From Hydrogenophaga sp. (lineage in GTDB: Bacteria; Pseudomonadota; Gammaproteobacteria; Burkholderiales; Burkholderiaceae_C), in the NCBI RefSeq assembly GCF_051860785.1, contig NZ_JBIMLB010000016.1:9108-73107 (forward strand): 64,000 nt of DNA, read 5' to 3'. The position numbers and the translations under genes were made by a program. Shown here one piece after another: positions 43,761 through 64,000 of the stretch. The notes beneath the pieces were generated by a model, which saw nothing but the letters and a program-made list of their open reading frames with translations, did not search any database and was not told where the DNA came from. Position 1 is the first letter of the stretch, and every line of letters starts with the position of its first letter.

Positions 43761-44543
43761 ATGGTGAACCCACTGCGCTCCGCATCCGGCCTGCTGGGCT
43801 TTTGCTCCCTAGCCATCGCAGCTGTCTGGCCCCTGCAGGCTCACGCGATCTTTGGAGACGACGAGGCGCGCCGGGCCATCATTGAATTGCGTCAGAAGGT
43901 CGACAAGAACCAGGCAGATACGGCGGCCGCGAACGCGGAGGCCAGAGAGAACGCCGCCGCCACCCGGCGGAGTTTGCTGGAGCTGTCCAACCAGATCGAG
44001 CAGTTGCGCGCCGAGCTTGCCCGCCTGCGCGGACAAAACGAGCAACTGGCGCGCGAAGTCTCCGAACTGCAGCGGCAGCAGAAGGATGTGCAGGCGGGGG
44101 TCGACGAGCGCCTGCGTCGGGTCGAACCGCTGCGCATCGAGCACGATGGGCAGGCCTTCAATGCCGCGCCCAATGAAAAGCGCGACTTCGACGCAGCCAT
44201 GGATCTGCTGCGCAAGTCCGACTTCGTCCCCGCCGCGACCGCCTATGCGGTCTTCCTGCAGCGCTACCCCTCCAGCGGCTACACACCCTCGGTGCTCTAC
44301 TGGCAGGGCAATGCCCAGTACGCCAGCCGTGCGTACAAGGAAGCGGTGGAGAGCCACCGCCGTCTGCTGCGCGATTTCCCCGATCACGTGCGCACGCCAG
44401 AGGCCATGCTTGCCATGGCCAACAGCCAGTTCGAACTGAAGGACCCCAAAGGGGCGCGCAAGACGCTCGAAGATCTGGCCAAGGCTTATCCGAACTCTGA
44501 AGCCGCTGCCGCAGCGCGCGACCGTCTGGCTCGATTGCGCTGA
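43761..44543 (+). CDS. cpoB: Tol-Pal protein CpoB/YbgF
   Basis: FGDDEARRAI, coiled coil and TPR repeats, downstream of pal. Confidence 0.93.
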   Translation: MVNPLRSASGLLGFCSLAIAAVWPLQAHAIFGDDEARRAIIELRQKVDKNQADTAAANAEARENAAATRRSLLELSNQIEQLRAELARLRGQNEQLAREVSELQRQQKDVQAGVDERLRRVEPLRIEHDGQAFNAAPNEKRDFDAAMDLLRKSDFVPAATAYAVFLQRYPSSGYTPSVLYWQGNAQYASRAYKEAVESHRRLLRDFPDHVRTPEAMLAMANSQFELKDPKGARKTLEDLAKAYPNSEAAAAARDRLARLR

Positions 44544-44602
44544 AGTCCAGCGCATGTCCTCGCGGACATGCGGCTGAGGGGCCGCCACCTACAATGGCGG
44601 CC

Positions 44603-45715
44603 ATGGAAATTGCCGATCTTCTCAAGCTGCAGACCCAGGTGCTCTGGGCTGCCTTCGCCGTGGCCATGGCCTTCGGCTTCATTGCCCAGCGCACCCACTT
44701 CTGCACCATGGGTGCCGTCAGCGACATCGTCAACATGGGCGACTGGACCCGCATGCGCATGTGGGGCATGGCGGTCGGCGTGGCCATGATCGGGTTCTAT
44801 GGCATGGCCTGGCTCGGCTGGATCGACGCCGGCAAAACCATCTACACCTCGGGTCGCATCATCTGGCTGTCGGCGCTGGTGGGCGGAGTCCTGTTCGGTT
44901 TCGGCATGGTGCTGGCCTCGGGCTGCGGCAGCAAGACGCTGGTGCGCATCGGCGCGGGCAGCCTGAAATCGCTGGTGGTGTTCTTCGTGATGGGTTTTGC
45001 CGCCTTTGCCACACTGCGCGGCGTCATGGCGGTGCTGCGCGTCAACACGGTGGATCGGGTTGCCTTCGAGATTCCCGCTGGCGGCGCCATCCCTTCGTGG
45101 TTTTCCAATGGCCTCGGGCTTGACCCGGCCATCACCGGTCTGGCGGTGGCACTGCTGGTGGGTGGTGCGCTGGTGATCTGGGCCCTGGCCGGGCCTGGCT
45201 TTCGCACCTTCAACAACCTGCTTGCCGGCCTGGGCATCGGCCTCGTGATCGTGACCATGTGGTGGGTCAGCGGCAGTTTCGGTTTTGTTCCCGAACACCC
45301 CGAGACGCTGGAAGCCGTCTACCTGGCTACCAACACCGGCCGCATGGAGTCGCTCACCTTCACTGCACCCATGGCCTACACGCTGGATTGGGTCATCTTC
45401 TTCAGCGACACCTCCAAGTTGCTCACCTTCGGCGTGGTCACTGTCGCGGGTGTGGTGGTCGGGTCTCTGGTCTGCGCACTGATCGAAGGCAGCTTTCGCT
45501 GGGAGGGCTTTCGCACCACACAAGACACGGCATTGCACCTGGCCGGTGGTGCCTGCATGGGCGTGGGCGGCGTGACGGCACTGGGCTGCACGGTGGGGCA
45601 GGGCCTCTCGGGCCTGTCCACACTGAGCATCACCAGCGTGATTGCCGTCACCGGCATCATGCTGGGTGCGGTGGGTGGTTTCCGCTTCCAGATGTGGCTG
45701 CTGGACCGAGAGTGA
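44603..45715 (+). CDS. YeeE/YedE family (thio)sulfur transporter
   Basis: QRTHFCTMG, LASGCGSK and ALGCTVGQG Cys motifs in a multi-TM protein. An alternative ATG lies at 44594. Confidence 0.88.
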   Translation: MEIADLLKLQTQVLWAAFAVAMAFGFIAQRTHFCTMGAVSDIVNMGDWTRMRMWGMAVGVAMIGFYGMAWLGWIDAGKTIYTSGRIIWLSALVGGVLFGFGMVLASGCGSKTLVRIGAGSLKSLVVFFVMGFAAFATLRGVMAVLRVNTVDRVAFEIPAGGAIPSWFSNGLGLDPAITGLAVALLVGGALVIWALAGPGFRTFNNLLAGLGIGLVIVTMWWVSGSFGFVPEHPETLEAVYLATNTGRMESLTFTAPMAYTLDWVIFFSDTSKLLTFGVVTVAGVVVGSLVCALIEGSFRWEGFRTTQDTALHLAGGACMGVGGVTALGCTVGQGLSGLSTLSITSVIAVTGIMLGAVGGFRFQMWLLDRE

Positions 45716-46548
45716 ATCGCACAACCGCCGACGAACAGTTCGAGCGCCGTTTCGGCGGGCTGCGCCGCCTCTACGGCATGGAGGGCGTGCAGCGCATCTT
45801 CAACGCGCACGTGGTGGTGGTCGGCATCGGTGGTGTGGGCTCCTGGGCGGTGGAAGCCCTGGCACGCAGCGGCGTGCACCGCCTCACGCTGATCGATCTG
45901 GACCATGTTTCCGAATCCAACATCAACCGCCAGATCCATGCGCTGGAGCCCACGCTGGGTCGGGCCAAGGCCGAGGCCATGCGCGAGCGCATCGCGCAGT
46001 TTCACCCCGCGTGCGTGGTGGACGTGGTCGACGACTTCGTCACACCGGACAACTGGCCTGGTCTGCTGGATGCCTTGCGCGACACGGCCGGCCAGTTGCC
46101 TTCGGCACTCATCGATGCGTGTGACCAGGTGCGCGCCAAGACGGCGTTGGCCGCGTGGGCGACGGCGCAAGGTGTTCCATTTGTCACCGTGGGTGCGGCG
46201 GGTGGCAAGCGCATGGCCCAGGCAGTTGAAGTGGCGGATCTGTCGGAGACGACACACGACCCACTGCTCGCGCAACTCCGTTATCGCCTGCGCAAACACC
46301 ACGCCGGCGCGCGCAACGGCCGTCTGGGAGTGGCCTGCGTCTTCAGCCGGGAAGCCGTTGCGCCACCCGATGCGTCCTGTGGAATTGACGCAGGCGACGG
46401 CACGCTCAATTGCCACGGCTACGGCTCAGTCGTGAGCGTGACGGCGACCTTCGGCCTGTGTGCGGCTGGTTGGGTGATGAACACGCTGGCCGCTGGCGCC
46501 GGAAAAAAGAAGGATGCTCTTCAAAGCCCTGACACAATGACGCTATAA
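45712..46548 (+). CDS. tcdA: tRNA threonylcarbamoyladenosine dehydratase (ThiF/E1-like)
   Basis: RFGGLRRLYG, VGIGGVGSW, DLDHVSESNINRQ, DLSETTHDPL and GYGSVVSVTATFG. Confidence 0.9.
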   Translation: MNRTTADEQFERRFGGLRRLYGMEGVQRIFNAHVVVVGIGGVGSWAVEALARSGVHRLTLIDLDHVSESNINRQIHALEPTLGRAKAEAMRERIAQFHPACVVDVVDDFVTPDNWPGLLDALRDTAGQLPSALIDACDQVRAKTALAAWATAQGVPFVTVGAAGGKRMAQAVEVADLSETTHDPLLAQLRYRLRKHHAGARNGRLGVACVFSREAVAPPDASCGIDAGDGTLNCHGYGSVVSVTATFGLCAAGWVMNTLAAGAGKKKDALQSPDTMTL

Positions 46549-46549
46549 T
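46544..46549 (+). promoter_or_regulatory. -10 box of the tRNA-Lys promoter
   Basis: Perfect TATAAT overlapping the tcdA stop codon, TTCAAA 18 bp upstream, and a GC-rich discriminator. Confidence 0.55.
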
Positions 46550-46623
46550 TTGAGGCTTCGCGCAGCAGTCCAAAAGACTCGAGGCCGAACCCGAGCGGGT
46601 CGGTTTTCACGCAGATCCCCTCG

Positions 46624-46699
46624 GGGGCGTTAGCTCAGTTGGTAGAGCAGCGGACTCTTAATCCGTAGGTCGAGTGTTCGAGTCACTCACGCCCCACCA
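46624..46699 (+). tRNA. tRNA-Lys(CUU)
   Basis: 76 nt, GCGGA-CTCTTAA-TCCGT anticodon arm, CCA end. Confidence 0.97.
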
Positions 46700-46739
46700 C
46701 CTTTTTCGGGTTGCCATCAGGCAGCCACCCCGTTTTGAT

Positions 46740-46815
46740 GGGACGTTAGCTCAGTTGGTAGAGCAGCGGACTTTTAATCCGTTGGTCGGCAGTTCGAGCC
46801 TGCCACGTCCTACCA
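46740..46815 (+). tRNA. tRNA-Lys(UUU)
   Basis: 76 nt, GCGGA-CTTTTAA-TCCGT anticodon arm, CCA end. Confidence 0.97.
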
Positions 46816-46821
46816 TCAAGC

Positions 46822-46856
46822 AAGAGGGGTCCGACCGCAAGGTCGGACCCCTTCTT
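46822..46856. terminator. Terminator after the tRNA-Lys pair
   Basis: AAGAGGGGTCCGACC-GCAA-GGTCGGACCCCTTCTT. Confidence 0.8.
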
Positions 46857-46881
46857 CGTTCATGGGGCCGCCCAAAGCGGC

Positions 46882-47649
46882 TTATCGGGTGCCGCTGAAA
46901 ATCAGGCCTTCCGTCAGGCCGGGATTCATCACGATCGAATGCAGCACGTTGCCGTTGAGGTAAGCGTGACCCGTGAAGACAGTTCCCGGCGGGAGAGAAG
47001 GAATGCATCCCGCTCCGACAGTGATGGTGACGTCGTAGACATTGCCGGATGCGTGCAGAGTGGTGGTGCCGGACAGATTGCAGCCATTGTCGGATAGCGC
47101 GGTAACCGTGCCGTCAGGCGCAACAACAACGTCGGCACCTTCGCTACCTGTACCGGTAATCCCGACGTCACCGGCGTAGGTGCCTGCAAGCGCCGCCAGC
47201 GAGGGCGCATTTTCGTAGGCGGGTGAGTACGTGCCCGTGAAGGCCACGGAAGGCACGCTTCCGCTCACCGTGCCGCTGATGGAGGATCGGGGTGTGAAAG
47301 AGGCGGACAGCGATCCGATGGTCACGGACGCAGGCGCTTCAAAATTGAAGTCGCGGGTGGGCGACGCGGTAAAGGTGTTGCCGGTGGTGACCCCATTCCC
47401 GACCACCGCGCCGGCAATGCCGGTGGCGGGGCCGCCCGCAGGACCGGAATACAAGGAATACACGCGACCATTGTCCAGAATCAAGGTGGAAACGTCGCGA
47501 AGCGTCGGTCCTGCGCCCATGGTGCCGACGTAGAAACCAGCCGGGCTGGCCGGTGGGTTGGGGGCGGGCGGAGCACCACCATCACCACCGCACGATGCCA
47601 GCACGGAAACAGATGCCAGCGCACACAATTTCAAGAGGGTTTTATCCAC
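46882..47649 (-). CDS. Hypothetical beta-rich lipoprotein
   Basis: GTG start, lipobox LASC (Cys20), Gly/Pro linker and two similar beta-rich halves. Confidence 0.8.
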   Translation of the reverse strand: MDKTLLKLCALASVSVLASCGGDGGAPPAPNPPASPAGFYVGTMGAGPTLRDVSTLILDNGRVYSLYSGPAGGPATGIAGAVVGNGVTTGNTFTASPTRDFNFEAPASVTIGSLSASFTPRSSISGTVSGSVPSVAFTGTYSPAYENAPSLAALAGTYAGDVGITGTGSEGADVVVAPDGTVTALSDNGCNLSGTTTLHASGNVYDVTITVGAGCIPSLPPGTVFTGHAYLNGNVLHSIVMNPGLTEGLIFSGTR

Positions 47650-47800
47650 GGGATGGCCTTTGTAACGAATGGTGACCGACTATAAGCCCCCGCTCTCGTG
47701 GATCAACGACGGCGAAGCTGCACAGGAGGAAATGGATCACGCAAACCGGACTTTTGCGCATCCAGCGTTCATGCCTCCGGTGCTATCGCACGCGGTCAGA

Positions 47801-48049
47801 TCATTTCTTTTTCACAAAACCGTAGATCACCAGCAGGATAATGGCGCCGATCACCGAAGCAATGAAGCCCACAGGCTCGCCCTGCTGGTAAAAGCCCAGT
47901 GCCACGCCCAGGTAGCCGGCCAGGAAGGCGCCGGCCACGCCGAGGATGGCGGTCATGATCCAGCCCATGCCGTCGTCGCCTGGCTTGATGGCCCGGGCGA
48001 TGAAGCCCGCGATGAGACCAATAAAGAGGGTTCCAAGAATGGACATCAT
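47801..48049 (-). CDS. GlsB/YeaQ/YmgE family membrane protein
   Basis: IGLIAGFIARAIKPG...GFIASVIGAIILL. Confidence 0.9.
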   Translation of the reverse strand: MMSILGTLFIGLIAGFIARAIKPGDDGMGWIMTAILGVAGAFLAGYLGVALGFYQQGEPVGFIASVIGAIILLVIYGFVKKK

Positions 48050-48092
48050 GGTGAAGGCCTTCCGTTGAAGTGAGGGGATTGAACAGGATACC

Positions 48093-53300
<5,208 letters not shown>

Positions 53301-53328
53301 TCAATCAAGATTGCAGACGCACCTTGCC

Positions 53329-54153
53329 TCAGTCTCGGAGCAGGTCGTTCAGGCTGGTTTTCGAACGCGTCTGTGCATCCACGCGCTTGACGATGATGGC
53401 CGCGTACAGGCTGTATTTGCCGCCGTCCTTGGGCAGGCTGCCGCTGATCACCACCGAGCCCGAGGGCACGCGGCCATAGCTCACCTCGCCCGTGGCGCGG
53501 TCGTAGATGGGGGTGCTCTGGCCGATGTACACGCCCATGGAGATGACCGAGTTCTCTTCGATCACCACACCCTCGACCACTTCGGAGCGCGCGCCGATGA
53601 AGCAGTTGTCTTCGATGATGGTCGGGCCGGCCTGCAGGGGTTCGAGCACGCCGCCGATGCCGACGCCGCCGGAGAGGTGCACGTTCTTGCCGATCTGGGC
53701 GCATGAGCCCACGGTGGCCCAGGTATCGACCATGGTGTTTTCGTCCACATAGGCGCCGATGTTGACGTAGCTGGGCATGAGGATCGCACCCTTGGCGATG
53801 TAGCTGCCGCGCCGCGCGACGGCCGGCGGCACCACGCGCACGCCAGTGGCTTTCATCTCGCTTTCGCTCAAATGAGCGAACTTGGTCTTGACCTTGTCGA
53901 AGAAGGCCAGGTCGCCGCTGCGCATGACTTCGTTGTCCTTCAGGCGGAACGAGAGCAGCACGGCCTTCTTGATCCATTGGTGCACCGTCCACTGGCCCAC
54001 GCCCTCGCGCGTGGCCACGCGCAGCTTGCCGCTGTTGAGTTCGGAAATCACGTGCTCGACAGCTTCCAGCACCTCCTTGGGGGCGGAGGTGGGGGAGAGG
54101 TCGGCGCGGTTGTCCCAGGCGTTGTCGATGAGGGTTTGCAATTGTTGGGTCAT
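53329..54153 (-). CDS. dapD: Tetrahydrodipicolinate N-succinyltransferase
   Basis: [19 protein letters not shown] and [11 protein letters not shown]. Confidence 0.98.
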   Translation of the reverse strand: MTQQLQTLIDNAWDNRADLSPTSAPKEVLEAVEHVISELNSGKLRVATREGVGQWTVHQWIKKAVLLSFRLKDNEVMRSGDLAFFDKVKTKFAHLSESEMKATGVRVVPPAVARRGSYIAKGAILMPSYVNIGAYVDENTMVDTWATVGSCAQIGKNVHLSGGVGIGGVLEPLQAGPTIIEDNCFIGARSEVVEGVVIEENSVISMGVYIGQSTPIYDRATGEVSYGRVPSGSVVISGSLPKDGGKYSLYAAIIVKRVDAQTRSKTSLNDLLRD

Positions 54154-54191
54154 GGAACTCGAGGCAGAAGTGAACAAGGGGAGCGTGCGCT

Positions 54192-55415
54192 TCAGGTGCG
54201 ACGCGAAACGAACTCGGCGATGCGGGTGGCGGCTTCGAAACACTCGGCGGGCTCCGCCACCAGTGCCATGCGAATCCGGCCGGCACCGGGGTTGACACCG
54301 CCGGTCTCGCGGGCGAGGTAGCTGCCGGGCAAGACCGTCACATTGTATTGAGCCAGCAGTTCACGCGCGAAGGCTTCATCGGCGCTCAGGCCCGGGCTGG
54401 CCTGGGCAAAGGCAGCGGGCACGCCGGCCCAGAGGTAGAAAGCCGCATCGGGCAGTGCCACATCGAGCACGCCCGCCAGCAGGGGTGTGACCTGGGCAAA
54501 CTTCTCGCGGTACTGCCGCCGGTTGTCCACCACATGGGCCTCGTCGTTCCAGGCGGCGGTACTGGCCGCCTGCACCGCCGGGCTCATGGCGCCGCCGTGG
54601 TAGGTGCGGTAGAGCAGGAAGGCCTTGATCAGCGCTGCGTCGCCTGCCACAAAACCGCTGCGCAGGCCTGGCACGTTGCTGCGTTTGGAGAGGCTGGTGA
54701 AACTGATGAGCCGCGGAAAGCCTGCGCGACCCAGGCGCTGGGCAGCTTCCAGCCCGCCCAGAGGCGGTTCGTCGCGGAAATAGATCTCGCTGTAGCACTC
54801 GTCCGAGGCGATGACGAACCCGTGGCGGTCGCTCAGTTCGAACAGGCGGCGCCATTCCTCCAGCGGCATCACCGCGCCTGTGGGATTGCCTGGCGAGCAC
54901 ACATAGACCAATTGGGTGCGAGCCCACACCGCTTCGGGCACGCTGTCCCATTCGGTGGCGAAATTGCGCGCCGGGTCGCTGGCCACGTAGTGCGGCTCGG
55001 CGCCGCCGAGCAGGGCGGCGCCTTCGTAGATTTGATAGAACGGGTTGGGCATCACCACTGTGGCACCCTCACGCGTGGGGTCGATCACTGTCTGCGCGAA
55101 GGCAAACAGGGCTTCGCGCGAACCGTTGATGGGCAGCACCTGGGTGGCCGGGTCCAGCGCAATGCCGTAGCGCCTTTGCACCCAGCCGGCGCAGGCTTGC
55201 CGCATGGCGGGCTCGCCGGCGGTGGCCGGGTAGCCGGCCAGGCCGGTGTCCAGCGACGCGGCCAGTGCCTGCTTCAGAAAATCGGGGGTGGCATGGCGGG
55301 GCTCGCCAATGCCCAGGCTGATCGGGCGCAGGGCCGGGTTGGGGGTCACGTCGGCAAAAAGCCGTCGCAGCCGCTCGAAAGGGTAGGGCTGCAGGCGTGC
55401 TAGCAAAGGATTCAT
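54192..55415 (-). CDS. dapC: Succinyldiaminopimelate aminotransferase
   Basis: [24 protein letters not shown] and SLSKRS (PLP Lys). Confidence 0.94.
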   Translation of the reverse strand: MNPLLARLQPYPFERLRRLFADVTPNPALRPISLGIGEPRHATPDFLKQALAASLDTGLAGYPATAGEPAMRQACAGWVQRRYGIALDPATQVLPINGSREALFAFAQTVIDPTREGATVVMPNPFYQIYEGAALLGGAEPHYVASDPARNFATEWDSVPEAVWARTQLVYVCSPGNPTGAVMPLEEWRRLFELSDRHGFVIASDECYSEIYFRDEPPLGGLEAAQRLGRAGFPRLISFTSLSKRSNVPGLRSGFVAGDAALIKAFLLYRTYHGGAMSPAVQAASTAAWNDEAHVVDNRRQYREKFAQVTPLLAGVLDVALPDAAFYLWAGVPAAFAQASPGLSADEAFARELLAQYNVTVLPGSYLARETGGVNPGAGRIRMALVAEPAECFEAATRIAEFVSRRT

Positions 55416-55532
55416 GGCTGGGGATTATCGGGGCTGGCGCCCACGGTATCATCGACCACCGCGGCAGCGCAGCCGCTGCGGTGAAAATGCCTTTGAATTC
55501 AATCACTTGGCTTTGCCACGGGGCCTTCCAGC

Positions 55533-59051
<3,519 letters not shown>

Positions 59052-59081
59052 CACCACCACCCAGCGGAACCGCACCACACC

Positions 59082-62290
<3,209 letters not shown>

Positions 62291-62297
62291 GCAGGGC

Positions 62298-63989
62298 TCA
62301 TTCGCCCAACTGGTAGCTCAGCGTCACGTTCGCGCGCCACTGACGATCGGGATCGGCCACCGGCGCGTCGCCGGTCGGTTTCGAGACGGCGAAATCCAGG
62401 TTGTAGTGCTTGTGGTTGGTCAGCCGCAGCCCCAGACTCACCGACCGCAGATCCGCAGGAACCGGGGTGGCGAGACGTCCGTCAACGCGAGCCCATTCCA
62501 TCAGCACGTAGGGCTGCCATTGCCGCAACCAGCGGTTGTCCAGTGCAAACGCGCGGTTGAGTTCCAGGCCCAGGCCCCAGCCCGAATCACCCACCGCTTC
62601 ACCCGCTCCGTAGCCGCGCGCAAAGCGGTTGCCGCCGAACGACACCTTCTCGCTGCCCGGCAGGTTGTGCGGGCTGTGCTGCATGGCGAAGGACACGGCC
62701 GTGCCCAGGCCGTTGTTGTAACGGTGTTGATGGCTGGCTTCGAGCTGCAGGCGCACAAAGGCCAGCTTGACCGGGCTGGGCCCGGACAGGCCCGGCACGT
62801 TGCTGGTGACGCCGGCAGATGCGCCCAGCGCGGAAAGACCGTGCGATAGCTTCAGGCTGACCTGTGCGCCGTCGTTGGGCCGGTTCGACGTGTAGCTCAG
62901 TTGCCCGAACACCGCACGCACCTGGGTTTCGTCGACGAGTTGAGCGCCGTTGGCGGGGTTGCTGATGCCATCGCGCGTGTTCACGCCATACACGCCCCCA
63001 CTGGCCACCCAGCTGGTTTCGCGTGAGAGGCGCAGGGGAATACTGGCCACGACCTCGGCGCGCTCGACCTCGCTGCGGCGTTGCAACGCGCTCTGCACGC
63101 CCAGTTGCTCGGCGGGGTCGCCGCGGTACTGCGACAGCGTGCCTTTGAGGGACAGGCCCTCGCTGCCGATGAACTGCTCGTAGTGCAGGGCGTTGTAGTG
63201 GTCGTTGCGGGCCGTGGACAGCAGTGTCGAGACGCCCAGCTGGCTGCCCGGGACCAGGGGGTCGTTCACCGCGCCGGTGACCACGGCGCGCGGGTGGGGC
63301 TGGCGCGTTTCCAGTCCCACAGCGAGGTCGTAAGGTTTGTGACGTGCCTGGATCACCAGGGTGCTGGCGCCATCGGTGCTCGTGGGCAATTGCACCTGGG
63401 CTTGAATGCCGATGCCCGGCAGGCGGCCGAGGAGGGCGGTGACGTGCTCGAAGGTGGCGGTTCGCAGGGGTTTTTCGCGCTGGATGTGTTCGGCGATCTC
63501 GCGCAGCCTGGCCTCGGCCTTGCCGGGGTCGCCCTCGATGCGCACCGTCTGCACGTGACCTTCCACCGCCACGATGCGCACCACCCCGTTCTCGAAGTTC
63601 TGCACCGGCACGAAAAAGAACGACAGCGCGTAACCCTGCTGTTGGTAGAGGCCGCTGGCCTGCTGGCTGCGCTCCACGATTTCACCCACGGTGACCGCCT
63701 GGCCAACCAGCGGCGTGAACAAGGCGGCCACTTCCGCAAATGGGATGGACTGCACGCCCTCGATGTCGAACTTGCGCGGCGTGATCCTGGTATTGAGCAG
63801 GTCAGCAGGCGGTGGCGCGGGCCGCTGGACATCCACCTGCACATCCGCCCCCGGCTGCGGGGGAATGACGGGACGAGGCAGCGTGTCCAGCGGGCTGCCA
63901 ACGGGTGCCACGCCTTGCGCGCCCACACCCATGGCCACCCACCAGGACACACCGACCAGCAGAAGTTGCCTGGTGCGGTGTGTTGGCAT
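62298..63989 (-). CDS. ShlB/FhaC/HecB (TpsB) outer-membrane transporter
   Basis: Signal peptide, POTRA (GYALSFFFVPVQ..GVVRIVAVEG) and barrel motif RGY..GEAVGDSG. Confidence 0.88.
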   Translation of the reverse strand: MPTHRTRQLLLVGVSWWVAMGVGAQGVAPVGSPLDTLPRPVIPPQPGADVQVDVQRPAPPPADLLNTRITPRKFDIEGVQSIPFAEVAALFTPLVGQAVTVGEIVERSQQASGLYQQQGYALSFFFVPVQNFENGVVRIVAVEGHVQTVRIEGDPGKAEARLREIAEHIQREKPLRTATFEHVTALLGRLPGIGIQAQVQLPTSTDGASTLVIQARHKPYDLAVGLETRQPHPRAVVTGAVNDPLVPGSQLGVSTLLSTARNDHYNALHYEQFIGSEGLSLKGTLSQYRGDPAEQLGVQSALQRRSEVERAEVVASIPLRLSRETSWVASGGVYGVNTRDGISNPANGAQLVDETQVRAVFGQLSYTSNRPNDGAQVSLKLSHGLSALGASAGVTSNVPGLSGPSPVKLAFVRLQLEASHQHRYNNGLGTAVSFAMQHSPHNLPGSEKVSFGGNRFARGYGAGEAVGDSGWGLGLELNRAFALDNRWLRQWQPYVLMEWARVDGRLATPVPADLRSVSLGLRLTNHKHYNLDFAVSKPTGDAPVADPDRQWRANVTLSYQLGE

Positions 63990-64000
63990 GGGCTTCTTCT

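Noticed and set aside
47642-47650. DnaA-box-like TTATCCACG
   Set aside because: Isolated, one mismatch, and explained by the lipoprotein's first codons (GTG GAT AAA).
46800-48070. att-site duplication of the tRNA-Lys 3' end
   Set aside because: I found no repeat of the tRNA 3' sequence downstream and no integrase remnant.

Overview
High-GC betaproteobacterial core-chromosome segment. It looks Comamonadaceae-like, inferred from gene order and protein style. I annotate about 60 intact CDS and 4 tRNAs (Arg-UCU, Pro-UGG, Lys-CUU, Lys-UUU). I saw no CRISPR array, integrase, transposase, prophage or clear pseudogene. Left to right: an aromatic-acid-type ABC importer; a GST; an acyl-CoA cluster (ACAD, APH kinase, Crp/Fnr regulator, crotonase, 3-hydroxyacyl-CoA dehydrogenase); FimV-like; lexA with SOS boxes; asparaginase plus two unknown genes; adk-kdsB-trm112-lpxK-exbDB; xseA, sodB, two isocitrate dehydrogenases, clpSA; yebC-purD-hemF-nadD-rsfS-rlmH-maf-rng; msbA; tolB-pal-cpoB; YeeE/YedE-tcdA-tRNA-Lys; the dap operon with a PilU-like ATPase; smc-zipA-ligA; and a TpsB transporter. 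The best leads are: (1) a split ACAD10/11-like (LvaA/LvaC-like) kinase plus dehydrogenase module; (2) a conserved-looking small ORF apparently co-transcribed with lexA; (3) a membrane protein paired with a secreted protein whose mature N-terminus is His-His, a possible metal-handling system; (4) a compact DnaA-box cluster upstream of xseA that resembles a DARS; (5) RsfS fused to a histone-H1-like tail; (6) YeeE/YedE coupled to tcdA and its tRNA-Lys substrates; (7) a TGCA-N6-TGCA operator upstream of the aromatic ABC importer. All family assignments come from motif recognition by eye, with no database searches. Several start codons were moved downstream of the ORF track's first start.
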